A stretch of 64,000 nt of DNA from Lepidodermella squamata (lineage: Eukaryota > Animalia > Gastrotricha). Shown piece by piece: positions 49,700 through 61,669 of the stretch. The notes under the pieces were generated by a model. That model was not told where the DNA came from. It searched no databases and saw nothing but the letters and a program-made list of their open reading frames with translations. Position 1 is the first letter of the stretch; every line of letters starts with the position of its first letter. Location of the stretch: positions 2,790,001-2,854,000 of the forward strand of contig JBLDXI010000002.1 in assembly GCA_047495785.1 (NCBI GenBank). The letters run 5' to 3'. A program made the translations under genes and the position numbers.

Positions 49700-50320
49700 T
49701 AGCTACACCTACTCCGTGCCTCTCACGTTTTTTGGTCGCTGCCGTCGAATCACTTCGATTCTTCGATATTCTCGGCAATGCCAGCGCCATTGGTGGCGCT
49801 TTTTTCCGACGAGTTCTGCCTGGCGTAAGCCCTGTGGCTTATTCCGGCGGCCTCTCTGGCGGTGCGAGCCTGCCCGACCTGGGGCAGGCTGCCTTTCGTC
49901 CGGAAGCTGCTGTTCTCTGGTCTGCTCTGGCGGTTAAGCGGCCGTTGCCTGTCAATCTATTCAAGTGCATTCAAGTTTCATGTTGGACCCGTTTGACCCG
50001 GTGCGGGTCGGTGCTGTTCGGGAGCCGGTGCCGGCCCGCGACCTGGATGAGGTGGGCGGCGGATGGCTGGCTGTCGGGGTGGTGTCGGTTTGGCGGTGGT
50101 GGATGGGCGGGTGGCTTGTCGCATTTCGGCGACCCGTCTGGCGGCGGATGGCTGGCCGCATCTCGGCGCCTCGACTCAGCCTTTTATGTACATAATTTTT
50201 GTGATCAATTGATTGTTATGAGTGTAGTTGCTAACTGGATGTGAAGCCGCCCACATTTAGCCTGCGGGCTGGTGGGCTGGATTTATACCCGATTAATAAT
50301 AAAACACATTTCTCTCTCTT
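49700..50320 (+). mobile_element. GC-rich LINE 3' end remnant
   Basis: GC-rich degenerate sequence similar in composition to 41.5-42.7 kb, ending in AATAAA and a (TC)n tail. Confidence 0.4.
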
Positions 50321-50349
50321 GATCTTGTTCCAATAAAGGCAACACTTAT

Positions 50350-51012
50350 ATTTATTTATTTATTTATTTGACTCAAAAAGGACCGAGAACAAAACAACGA
50401 TCGGTAGCAATTAAAGGCGTCTCACTCGTTAGCGTTTCGGTATAACTTTCCATTTGACGGTAACTCCATCTCGTCATTGTTCTCTAGTTGCGGTAAATAG
50501 TTTACCGTAAACGGCACTACACTGCGACACTAAAGCGTAAAATACTCGCGTGCGGTAAAATTAATTTCTCTGCGGTAATTTCAGCTCATATTATCTTGTA
50601 GGAACAGTAGGAATTACAAGCATATTATGGAGGAATAGAAATGGAGTTGGAACTGCGCTCAGGTTATTGGTGTGTGCGCGCGCAGCCGCTCGCGTACTTA
50701 CAATACAGCGTGTTACGCAACCGCTGTGGCGCATTGCTGCGAGCCGCAAGTGCTTCTGCGGTAAAAATAACGCCGCGTGCGGTAAAAATTAACTTACGCG
50801 GCGCCGTTAGTTTTACCGCACGAGCATTAAGTAACCTGGTTTGCGTGTTGCGGTAAAATACTTACCGTCAAATGGAGACTTATACCGAAACGCTAACGCA
50901 CTGTAGAAATTAAGAATTTTGTTCTATCCAAACTAGCAACTTATGTCTTGAAATTATTAATTGAACCAGCCACAACATCATATGGTAGGCTATTCCACAA
51001 ATGGACGGAAAA
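50350..51012 (-). mobile_element. 5'-truncated CR1/L2-type LINE 3' end, interrupted by a MITE
   Basis: C-terminal motif FSVHLWNSLPYDVVAGSINNFKT, then a 3' UTR and (AAAT)5 tail at 50350-50369. Confidence 0.75.
50427..50898. mobile_element. 472-bp MITE with 4-bp TSD (Sola-like)
   Basis: TIR CGTTAGCGTTTCGGTATAA..TCCATTTGACGGTAA, TSD CACT (50423-26 and 50899-902), internal GCGGTAAAA repeats. Confidence 0.85.
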
Positions 51013-51351
51013 AGTTGGCAGTGACGACCTCGACGTAATCGCCAAAGACCCCGACGAAACAACCAACTGTCCGGAATTCTGGGCAAGCCGTGATGTCGAA
51101 GAACAGACGTAGCGACAGACGGTCAGACAATCTACACCGGCGAAAGAAGACGAACGAGTCATTCCTATCAGATCATTTACGGACGATTTTCTGGAGGAAA
51201 CGGATCGATTACTACAAGGTTTACCAATAATTCACAGGTGAAACAGTAGTAGCTGGAAACCCTGACACCCTTAGTATGTGGCAAGATTAAAGAAATGGGT
51301 TGCAGCGCAGGCGACAAGCGCCAGCGCAAGGTGTATGTGTTTTGTTTTTAG

Positions 51352-52721
51352 TTGAATCTTTTCTCTTATGTTCTATGGAGTGCCACGATAACTGGAACTG
51401 TGGCGACGCCCGTCGAGCAAGAATTTTGGCAGAAACTGTTACTTCTTGGTCGCAGTCATGAAACGATCGCATGGTACGACACTGAAGTCCCCGTTGTCCT
51501 CCACCACGACCTCCACTTTCGACCACTCCGTGTCCAAGCAGACAAATGGAGGGCCCTCAAAGCCATGGTAGACCAATGGAACGCCAACTTCCCCAAGCTA
51601 ATCCCAATATTCACCGATACCGTCGACAACAAACGCCTCGCCAAACGTGACGTCTGTGAGTATGCGGTGCTACGATGGTCCTACGAACTTTTCAATGTTA
51701 AATGCTCGATTTTGGGCAAGGGCGCCAAAGAAGCACTACTCGACGAAGCCAACACCCTTGCAACGCGAAAACACCGTAGCCCGAATAATCAATGACCAGA
51801 TGGCAACACTGTCGAAGGTCGAAGGAAACCCATCAACTTCATAGCGAAGTCAGCGACATTGAAAACTTTCTCACAAACTTCTATCAAGGTGGAGTGGGCA
51901 ACGCGATCGATTTTCAATTGCTATTAGCAGTGTGGCATTTGTCAAACTTCGTCGAACAACACACTATTTGGGACCTGATCGAACGGTTGAAGGCTGCAAG
52001 TCGCACGGGTAGCTTTGCAATCAGCGATTTGCCGACCGCTGTACGTGCTAAATTCGAAACAGTCGTCATCTCTGCGATCAATGACATTAACGGTACGGAA
52101 CTTACTCGAGCGATGATCCTGGGGCATGCACCGATCTTCTAACGACGACAATTACAATGGGTTACCGAACAGACGCAGGTAAGCTTCCAACTAAGGGCGT
52201 CGCTACCAATCGTCAAGATAGAGAGTTGCCATGTCTTCCGATTGTCACCAGTCACATTTAAAACAAACCGCGGTTGTGTAGGACCTGCCGATAATGCTTA
52301 CAAGGGTAAGTCAATTTTGAAATGTAATGGCAAATACTTTTATTTCGAAGAGAGCCGGCTGGCACAATGTCATCAAGCTAACTCCAGAACCTATAATTGC
52401 GATAACGCCGCAAGCGCCAATCCCGAGTTACAGTTCGGCCGAACGCCCATTCACTCTATGTTCTGGCGGATGGCGCATCAGTCGTGTGCCCGAAATTGAA
52501 TACGATTCGAATCAGTGGAGATGCTGTGTTGTTGACTGGATAAGCCCATGTCAAGTTTACGAAGGGGGAGAACGTCACCGAGGAATTGGCACCGGCTGGT
52601 ACGGTGATGCAAATTCCGTGTGTTGCTTCGCTCCAATAAGTTGCCGACGAGCTACCGCTGATGGTTGTTGGGTCCAACTGTATGGACAATCTTTCGATGG
52701 TGCCATTCGAATTTGCAAGTG
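51352..52721 (+). pseudogene. Viral-type envelope (class I fusion, baculovirus-F/errantivirus env-like) pseudogene
   Basis: Signal-like N-terminus, basic site KRLAKR, helical heptad region, then VSFQLRASLPIV..FRLSPVTF..YFEESRLAQC..TYNC..GTVMQIPC. Several frameshifts and stops; truncated by a LINE piece at about 52722. Confidence 0.55.
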
Positions 52722-53250
52722 CTGACGAGCTCGATTTTACGTTTTTAAGTGAAACATTTTACTTCTCTCTTTTTTCTGTGTTCTTCGATCGTTTCGCCGT
52801 CTTCAGGTGTGATAGGTGCGAACAGGCCCCGGACGGACTCTTTACAGGGGGTTGTGCGGTGGCGGGCGTCCTTAGCGAGCGCAAACTGGCGATGGTGGGT
52901 CGCAAGCGTAGCGAATGGCTCCGTCTGGTCGTTGTCTCTGACCCTCGTGCTGTCGCCCCTCGGCTCGTCACCGGATACTGTCCACCGTCGTCCGATTTGG
53001 ACTTGCGATTTCTCAAACGCGAATTTCAAGAAGCGAACGCCGATCCCACACCTTGCGTTTTTGCAGGTGACCTCAGTGCGAAACCGTCTTCGCTCTGGGG
53101 CGCTGTGGAACCCAAATGGATACAAGCTTCTCCATTTCGCCACTCGGCTCGGGTTAACTGTGTTACGCTGTGCTCCTACGCACATCGATCTGCGAACTGG
53201 TAGTCTATCTACGCTTGACCTGTGGGTCCTCAACACTGCTGTCCTCAACC
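52722..53250 (+). mobile_element. LINE APE endonuclease fragment (Jockey-like)
   Basis: FTFLSET, FRCDR..GGCAV, GYCPP, VFAGDLSAK, PTH..STLDL. Confidence 0.75.
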
Positions 53251-53713
53251 AGGGGACCAAAGGGAGGCGGTGGTGGCGGCGCAGCGGTGTGAGCAAAGCT
53301 GGGACCCAGGGTAACGTGGGCGAAGAGGCCGTACTTGGACGCATCGCTTCAACCACTTGAGGCCATTATCGCGTGCATATACGTAGCTATCTTTATTCGC
53401 GAAAACGATGGGGGCGCCGGGTGGGGGACGCTGGGGATTTTTTGCTGGCAAATCACGAATTGCCACGACAAGACATTATCAATTATAACCAATAACCGCT
53501 TGTCTGACCCGCGTTTATGCTCGGAGCGGCAGTAGCATAAAACACTGATGCGACGGTGCGAAAATCGAAAATCGTGGCTAAATCAGATTTGGTGATTAAT
53601 CAAGATTAATCAACTCATGGCATAAGACATAAGGAGCCGGACGGTGCTGAACTTATTTTCCGTTTGTACCCAGCGCTTATTTACGGAAACTAACATGGTT
53701 GCGTTACTGTATA

Positions 53714-56700
53714 CAGTGTGGTCTGAAAATAGTAAAGGAACGCGCATTTCTTCAAATAATTGCGTTTTCAGATAATGATCACGAGGCTAATCAATTTCTT
53801 CAATCTATTGATCAACTTCAATTCAATGGCGCACATCTGATTAGCCAATTTCGAGGGGGAAAAGGAAATCAGTCCTTATAATTTAAAAATCATGAAAACA
53901 AAGTCGTAATTTGAAATAAGGATTAAGAGAGGAGATGCTATGTTTAAGAGAAGGTTCCTGGTTGCACCTGCGAAAGATGACCCAAAATATCAAAGACCTT
54001 TCCTATATGTATATAGTTGGCCCCAAGCATAGCCCTGTAAGCAGAAAAGCCATATTTAGACTAACCCTCACGGAGTCATCGTGCAGGTGGATCTTCGCTA
54101 AGCATGTGTCCCTACCGCCAATATCGCCGAATTCACTAATATTTCAATGATAAAAAAGCAGATTTTCAGGTCAAGAAATTTTAACGAAGGAAATTTCCCA
54201 GGTTCTCAAACTGTTAATAACAAGTTCAACAATACCTTAAAAAGGCACTTTAAATTCGTCTTCTACCGAAGAATTCCAATTAATTTGGAGTTCAAACCTT
54301 TCGTAAATACTTTGACGTTTACGTAGAATTAGCTCTTTTTTCCTAGATTCGCGTCTTCACCTTCACTTATGCCTCACCTCAATAACTAACTAGGCCAGAT
54401 AATTGAAGGTATGAAAAGGCATATTATTTTTTCTGTCGCAAAAATAAGTCCTAATCATTGTGCTAGAACATTTCACTTTTTCAAATTTTCTTCCGGGCTT
54501 TGGTAAGGGCCCTTCTCATACTGCGTGTCTCCTTCACGGATATGTAATTAGGTAACGCTAAACCGCGTTAGTTTATAGCTTCGATAAACAAGTTTCTGAA
54601 TTCTTTTTAATAAAGTCATTTTCCATTTAAAATAATAATTTTTTTGAAAATGAAAAAAGCTGATGGAGAAAATGAACTCCAACTACTGCGTAGCTACAAG
54701 GTCATGTGCCCATCACATGATAACCATCATTCAATTTAATTTTCAACTACGATTCGCGAATTTTAAGGAGTAAAATGGCGAGCGTCGCAAAAATCTGAGT
54801 GAGCGTCGCAATTTTGAGTGACGTGCGGTGGACACGCAAAATCTGAGTGAATGTCGCGATAATCTGTGTTACGTCGCAATACTTGAGGACCGTAGCAATA
54901 AGCTGAGTGAATGTCGCAACTCAATTTATTTATCGCTCTTTATTAACACTCCTCACTCGAGAGAATCACGTATTATCATTTTTTAGCGTTACGGACCGGC
55001 TGTTGCCGAATAGGTACTGAAATTTTGTCAGCTTTCTTAGCTTTCTCAACTTTCTTAACTTCGCCGCGCTTTTTCGGCGGCTCAGCTTCGGCCCCAGGTT
55101 CGGACAATTCAGGCGGTTGGCGAGCCAAAGCCGAGGCTGTATTTGCTGGCCGACCACGTTTTCGCTTTTTCTCTACCAGCTGTGTAAGGCGAGCTTTGTC
55201 CGGAGCTGTCTCCACCTTGAGCCGCAGGGCCATGCCAAGTGAATGACAGCAGGTGTGTTCTTTCGCGTAGGTAGAACATGAACAGGAGAACGCATGTTGG
55301 CACGAAGCAGTTTTCTTATAAGTTGCGCATTCAGCCGGGCATATGAAATCGATTTTCTTGGCGACGTGGAAAATTTTGCGGGTGAAATCGGTAAAATGAT
55401 CGAAATCGATCCAATCTATTTGCTTGATTTCGCGGCGGTAATTATTAGCCACTTCCTTCGTCATATCGTTTTCGACAAAATCGGCGTAAAAGACGTAGCT
55501 GAGTAAGGAACTGTTTTTGGCCTCGTGCAGCTTTACGTCCTTGTCCTGCCACAGCACGGCATCAGCCCAGCGGGTATCATTAATCACTGGAATTAGCTGA
55601 AATTTCTTGCAATTGATGTTTTCCGGGTCGCGATCGTGGGACCATTGAGGCAACATGACAGACATGACGATGCGGATGAATTCGGGTATGGGCAGGCGCT
55701 GTCTGAAAGTAAAATCCCGTTTTATAATTTCATTTATCGCCTCGATCGCATTATTAGTCGATGGTAAGCCGCTCGCTACGCCTTCAAAAAACGGACGTAA
55801 AACCGGGTCATTGACCGTATCATTAAGCCAGTCCAGGAAAGCAGCTGTTTCAGGGTACTCGCCCCACTTGGCGATAAAGAGCTGAAGAGCGCGCTCAAAC
55901 ACCGCTTCTGAGCCAGCCACCTGCAGGGTGGTCAAATCCAAGCGCACTCGGTCGCGCAAATCCTTCTTAATCGACGCCAGCTTTTTGTCCGCGTTGCGTA
56001 CAACGTGCGCCCAGCAGTTGGCCTGGATCACTTGACCAAACACTTTGACGATCGCGTCCGCAATCGCCGATGCGCCATCACGCACAACAAGGGGAGGCGG
56101 CGGCATAGAATTTCCTGAAATTATCACAATAATATATAATATATTACACCAAAAATAATAAGTAATTTACCGAAAACCAGCTCATAACTTGATTTTACTG
56201 TGCCGAGTAGATCGATGTAATCGTCCTTAGTTTCTCCACTGACAACTGAAACAGCAACAGGGTGGAAGGTGTTGCTTTTGTCGGAAGTGCCGATTACTAG
56301 GACAGGATTGCCGTGATACATTAGTTTGAACGTGCCATCAACATGCAGTGGCCCGCCATGCCCAGCCATGCTTAGCAGCTGCTTGGTCGTAAATACAACA
56401 CGAAACTGCTGCTTCTGCTTACCCACTCGCGGCTTTACATCACAGCCAATGACGAAGCTCTCGTGGTTTGATGCCGGGATAGCCTCGTGTTGTTTTGCGA
56501 GATCGACAAAATCTTGCAGGGACCACTTGCTTCGATTACGGCCACCTGCCTCAAGTAGCCTCATGGCCCAAGCGACTTGACTTTTCTTGATAGAATAGGC
56601 GGTAATTTGTTCGTCTTTCAGTTCCATCAAAGCCGTCCACATCTTGGACGGCTTTTTAATATCTTTTTGCTCACGAATTTCGCGAATTTTTTCGATGACG

Positions 56701-57413
56701 TACTCCGGTAGACCCCGCCCCGCCCAAGCCTCGTGGTTATGGGGTTTACCATTAGTGTAGATTGTTGTTGTAAAGTTGTCATGGTGCCTCACCTCGCGAA
56801 TTTTCGCCTCGCATGTGACCTGCTTGCCGCGGCCGCGGCCGCCACAGGGGCAATAGTAATCGCGAATTTCACCCTCGTCGGTCTCGTAGGCCTTGCGGTC
56901 AAGAGGCCATTTCTTCGCGGATATATTATTGACTTGGAGCAGGATTTTCTTGATGTCCTCTGCCTCCTCTTGCGTCTCGCACCGTTTTTCCAAGGTCCAC
57001 ATCTCCTGTTTTCGTTTATTGCCATCATCATCACTATCAGAATTCGATTCAGAAGAACTGCTGCTATCTGCCGAGAGGCTCGCCTCAACTTCAACCGCAG
57101 CCTCGTCATCTTCATCCAAGGAACGAAAACTCTCCTCCATTGCAAAATAATAAAATTTTATTACTATTGCTACACTAACCTTCGATTTTGCTACAGTCAC
57201 GCCTCGTACTGCTACGATGCACGCGCTTTTGCGGCGTTACACGCGTTTACGCGACGTGTTACGTAACATTGCTACTTGACACGCGATTAAGCTACAACGC
57301 ACTTGGCATTGCGACATTCGCTCACTTTTGTTGCGACGTTCACTCAGTTTCTTGCGACGCTCGCTCAGCCACCCAATTTTAAGTCGCAGCTTTACTAGTT
57401 TCAGACCACACTG
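53714..57413 (-). mobile_element. Apparently complete 3.7-kb Mutator-like DNA transposon
   Basis: 24-bp TIR CAGTGTGGTCTGAAA(A/C)TAGTAAAG flanked by TATA on both sides. Inverted subterminal arrays of TGAGTGA..GTCGCAA at 54778-54920 and 57308-57368 enclose the transposase gene. Confidence 0.8.
54976..57140 (-). CDS. Intact MULE/MuDR transposase with SWIM finger, about 702 aa
   Basis: Exons 57140-56171 and 56114-54976 (56-nt GT-AG intron, phase 1). WRKY/GCM-like C..C..HNH DBD; HVDGTFK, VVRDG, CWAH, TNNAIEAIN; SWIM CSC..YAKEHTCCH; KRKRGRP. Confidence 0.9.
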
Positions 57414-57713
57414 TATATGCTTTCTGTTACTAAGCATTGCGCTCTCCGGTAAAAATACTGTAAAATGGCTAGTGGTAGCGGGCGATGTTAACATTTCTAT
57501 CTTGCTCACAGAACAATAGGAAGCTTTTTTTACTAGGTTTAAGTGGAACCTTATGCGACGACGTTAACGAAGTCATGACGCGTGCCTCAGGCTGCGCGTA
57601 CGCTGGTTGTGCCGCTGGTTTAGCCAGTCGGTAGTTGGTTTTTTATAGGTGGACCAGTATCCTCCTTGACGTGTATTATTTTTTTGTAAGGAGTACGCCA
57701 AGGACGCACAGAC

Positions 57714-58840
57714 TCATATCCTCCTTGACGACTGACAGACGGAACACGACCCACGACAACGGGTGTTCCCCGTCACACGCACGAGTCTGCGGATGACGAA
57801 GCCTGTTATGTAGGAGAGTATCTCATCAGATATAACGGAAAACACTCGTTGACTGTCCAAAGCCTGTCCAAAGCCATTTAGCTTCATAAACCTCGCCTTC
57901 ATGTGTGAACCGCAGAACGCCCCATTTTGCGAAGAGTTTCCTGAGCAACTTCATGCAGTGAGATGCGTCTTGGGACCAGTACACAGTTTGATTCGTAGCG
58001 GGAGGAAATTCGCGGTAGATATTCGAGGGAACGAAAGGCGCTTTGATGCCAAAGTTTTCCATAGTCTTCACATTCGCTCGATGGCCGTCAGCCGTTGTGA
58101 CGAGAGGAATCATATCGCGAGCTCGAAGCTCATCGTAGACCTTTTCCAATACAGCGCTTTGAATGGCCTCGTTACAGCTGCAGCAAGATCTTGGGCATCT
58201 TGGGCAGCTGGGGCTGGCTCGGGCTCGGACGGCTACCTCGACCTCGGCCACTACCACCACCTCGACTAGGTGCAACTACAGCTGTAACTTCAGCATCATC
58301 CGCTTCTTGCGCGTATTCAAGCGCTCGACCAGTACGTGGAGGGCGACCAGCTCGCTTGAGAGTCCTACCTGGGGCTGGGAATGGCAGTGATCAGGTATCA
58401 GTTTGTAGCCGAGTTGATGAGCGACGGCGATCGCTATCAAAACCAAATTAGGGCATTCAGCCGTCTCAAATCCAACACGCGAAGATTGGCGCGCGAGTAA
58501 CGACGTCAAGTGGTTATTCCGCTTAAGGGAACACCGCATCAGAGTCATTGTATTCCGATTAAAAATATTATTATTTAATATATTATATTTAATAAACAAT
58601 AAAAATTAAACGTGACAGTCGTTGCGGATTTGGGCACCTTGCTTGCAATATGCGGGTTTGGCCTGTAATATGGGCACCGATGACGTTGCCGACAGCATGT
58701 CTCCAAATTTCTATCGCGTTTTCGTACTTCTCAGGATCGAAACCATCGATCGCGAGGGTTACCTTTTCTCTTGCTTTCGAAATTGGCGCTAGTCGATCTC
58801 CTCGTCCTAAGGTGAGATTCGACTGCAATAAGATGAACAA
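57714..58840 (-). pseudogene. P-element/THAP9-like transposase relic with internal deletions
   Basis: VTTADGHRAN, QDASHCMKLLRK (DxxH..K..R), and the C-terminal EILSYITGFVIRRL..CSVC; discontinuous frames. Confidence 0.75.
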
Positions 58841-58869
58841 CGAAAGGTTCTACGTTTTGAAAATAAGCT

Positions 58870-59305
58870 GCTGAAGATTCAGCAGCCTACGATAGCGCAC
58901 GCAAAGAAGAGGTAGCAAGGTTCATTTGTGAGATCTGCAAGGCCATCCAGGAGTCCAGAGATAGGGCAGTTCCAATAGTTTTAGCGATGCAGTTGAAGAA
59001 GTATAGTTCGACTCCGCAGATGGCTGCGTTGGTCGAGCACCGACATAGAGCGTTGCTCCAGTACCGTTCTACGACGGGAAATCTTGAGTATCGATTCAGG
59101 GCGGATGCGTTCTACGCTCATTTCAAGGAACTAGCAGCCTTAGCTGAGGAACGCAAGCACACGCGTAATCTCCAGCGGATGGAAAAGTGTAGAAGGGTAG
59201 ATTCAGGGGCGTTTCGTGAGATCACAGCAGAGAGTGGGTCGACACCAGGACCGACGATCCGTACCCTGACCGAGCCGAGTTGTTCCCCGCGATTACTACA
59301 AGTCT
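58870..59305 (+). mobile_element. LINE ORF2 interdomain fragment
   Basis: AIQESRDRAVP..STPQMAALVEHRHRALLQYR resembles the APE-RT linker of Jockey/I-type elements. Confidence 0.4.
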
Positions 59306-59333
59306 CACTGATACACTGATACACTGATTTATT
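59306..59333 (-). repeat. 8-bp repeat tail (CACTGATA)x3 preceded by AATAAA on the minus strand; short retroposon 3' end
   Basis: Read directly; CR1-type elements commonly end in 8-nt tandem repeats. Confidence 0.55.
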
Positions 59334-59589
59334 TTTGCATTTTGTCTCGCGACGTTTAGCAACTAAAAAGGGCCGATGCGCCTCACCCCTGAAACAGCAT
59401 ATATTGTTCTAGTTCACAGACAATGCTTCTAGTAGTCCAGAAATATCTGACATATAGTCGAAATATCTGCGTATCGATTTTCGAATTCTAAGATAGGAGA
59501 CGTGTAGTGCGTACCGGGTTTCCTAACACCCGGTTTCGACAGCGCTAGCACGGTTAAATTACTATTGAACATTTTTATCCAATCCGTCT

Positions 59590-61669
59590 GTGTCGTGGTG
59601 GCTCTGGCGTTGGACTGCAACTGACTCTCGCCGACTGCACCGCGTCACCAAAAAGCAAGTATTACCTGTTTTTTTTACCAATCGCCTATTTTCACTAAAA
59701 CCGGGCTTCGACAAGCCGCTTTCCGTGCCCGGTCAAGGGTCCAAAGTCCAAGTTTTGAATTTGAAATTTGAAATTTTCCGGACTTCAACCTACCACACCA
59801 TCATGTCAACGCGTGCCAGCCAGCAAAACAGCACCAGAGCGGCACGCGCTAGTAAAGCACCGACCTCCAGGGCAAACGAAACGTCAGCACGTGCAGACAG
59901 CAACAAGCTGGTACCGACAGTGCTACTCAATCGTCTTAACCTGCCGTATGGACAGACATCGATCAACGTGAAGGACTTCGAAGCAATATCAGGGTTCGAT
60001 AACCAAAAGAAATCCATGTGTGTTAAATGTGACTGTGGGATTAAAAATTTCCAATCGGCTATCGCATGTCGGCTATGCGGCTGTAGTGTCCACTCGGAAT
60101 GTTCGAAATTGCCCAAAAATGTGTTGATATTGATTGCTAAAATAGACAGTAATGTGGGTTATTTCTGCGGATGCGATAAACAAGTTGACAAGCCTCCTGA
60201 AACGCCCTCGTTCTCTCACCATCTCCTTTCAGTTATGCCAAGTGTAGCTCAAGTCTGCGAATATCGTCCGGCAAAGACCAGCAAAAATTATCAGCCATCA
60301 TTAGCCCCGAGCTTCGAGACATTTTGTACTGACTTTAATATGAAGTTTGAAAGGATGCTTGAAAAACAAGAGATGGTCGTAAAAAAATCTGCGCCATCGT
60401 ATGAGAAATTCATACACCTTCTTGACTCGCACGTGAATATATGTGACTCGCTTATGTTTTCTGAAATCTTCCGTGAATAGGTCATTGGCGCCCCCACTGG
60501 GGAAGAGCAGCATCAAATACAACCATACCTTCCAGTTTTCTACTGTAATGCCAATTCGCTAAATAATAAGATCGATAAGTTGCTATCCAAAATATCTGAG
60601 ATTATTCCGCTGATCATTGTAGTCGTGGAATCAGGCTTTACAAATGACAATAGAAATGTAAATACGTTGGAAAATCTTGGCTATATATCGTTCACGCAGG
60701 ATAGAGTTCTGTTGAAAAGTGGTGGGTCTGCGTGCTTCATCCACAAATCACTTAATCCACGTAAACTAAGCAGCTACTCGTATGATGGACTTATTGAATG
60801 TGTTACTTGTCAGTGTTTAGTTGATGGTGTTGCCTTGCGCATCATCGCTGTTTACCGTTCACCTAATTCTCCGACTAATTCAATCACTAATCTCGTTGAA
60901 TATCTTCAGTCCCAGTTAAATACTAACATCATATGCGTGCTAATCGGTGACTTTAATTTACCAGAATTCGACTGGGTTGCTTTTAGCAATCCGGGTAAAT
61001 TTCTTTATACATCATTCGCTGACTTCATGGTGACTAATGCCTTAATACAATACGTCGACAAACCGACTAGAGGTGATAATATTCTTGACCTGGTAATATC
61101 TAACAGAGCTAATATAATTTCTAAGGTTGAATTTCTTGAGCCGCTTGCTTTGAAATGTGATCACAATGTAGTACAATTCAGGATTAATATTCGTCTCTCC
61201 GCTGTCGAGAAAAAATCAACGATAAAAAGCGTATTCTGCTTTAACAAATGTGACTACGTCAGTTTCTCTAACTACCTGGATTCTATTAACTGGATAGAGA
61301 CATTCGCTAATCTATCTGTGGACCTTTGCTATACTCGTTTTCTTCATGCTCTTTATAAAGGAATCTTGCTGTTTGTACCTCGGCGTAAATCGCGCAAACG
61401 AAAGAAGCGTCGAATGCCGTGGATGTCCTCTGAACTTGTGCGGCTATCTAACCGTAAAAGCCATTTGTTTGCCAATTGGGTAAAAAATGGGAAAACATCA
61501 TCTGACTATGTTCGCTACAAAACTGCCAGTAGCCTTTACGACACCGAAAACCGTAAGGCCCGGCGTAGTTATGAAGACAATCTACTGTCAAATAGTGAAA
61601 TTAATGATTTATACAACTACTTCTCGCTTCGATTTAGCTCTCGTCCTGCTATACCTGCCATCGTGTATG
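59590..61669 (+). mobile_element. CR1/L2-like LINE 5' part: PHD-finger region plus APE endonuclease, interrupted by an RTE insertion
   Basis: PHD CVKC..IACRLC..VHSEC..YFCGC (likely ATG 59803); APE YCNANSL, VVES, VYRSP, GDFN, PTRGDNILDL, CDH; linker PWMS. Confidence 0.88.

Noticed and set aside
49516-50244. 242-aa ORF as a gene
   Set aside because: Runs across a MITE end into GC-rich LINE remnant; a chimeric chance ORF.
59240-59260. GSTPGPT as a second 2A motif
   Set aside because: Lacks the DxExN residues.
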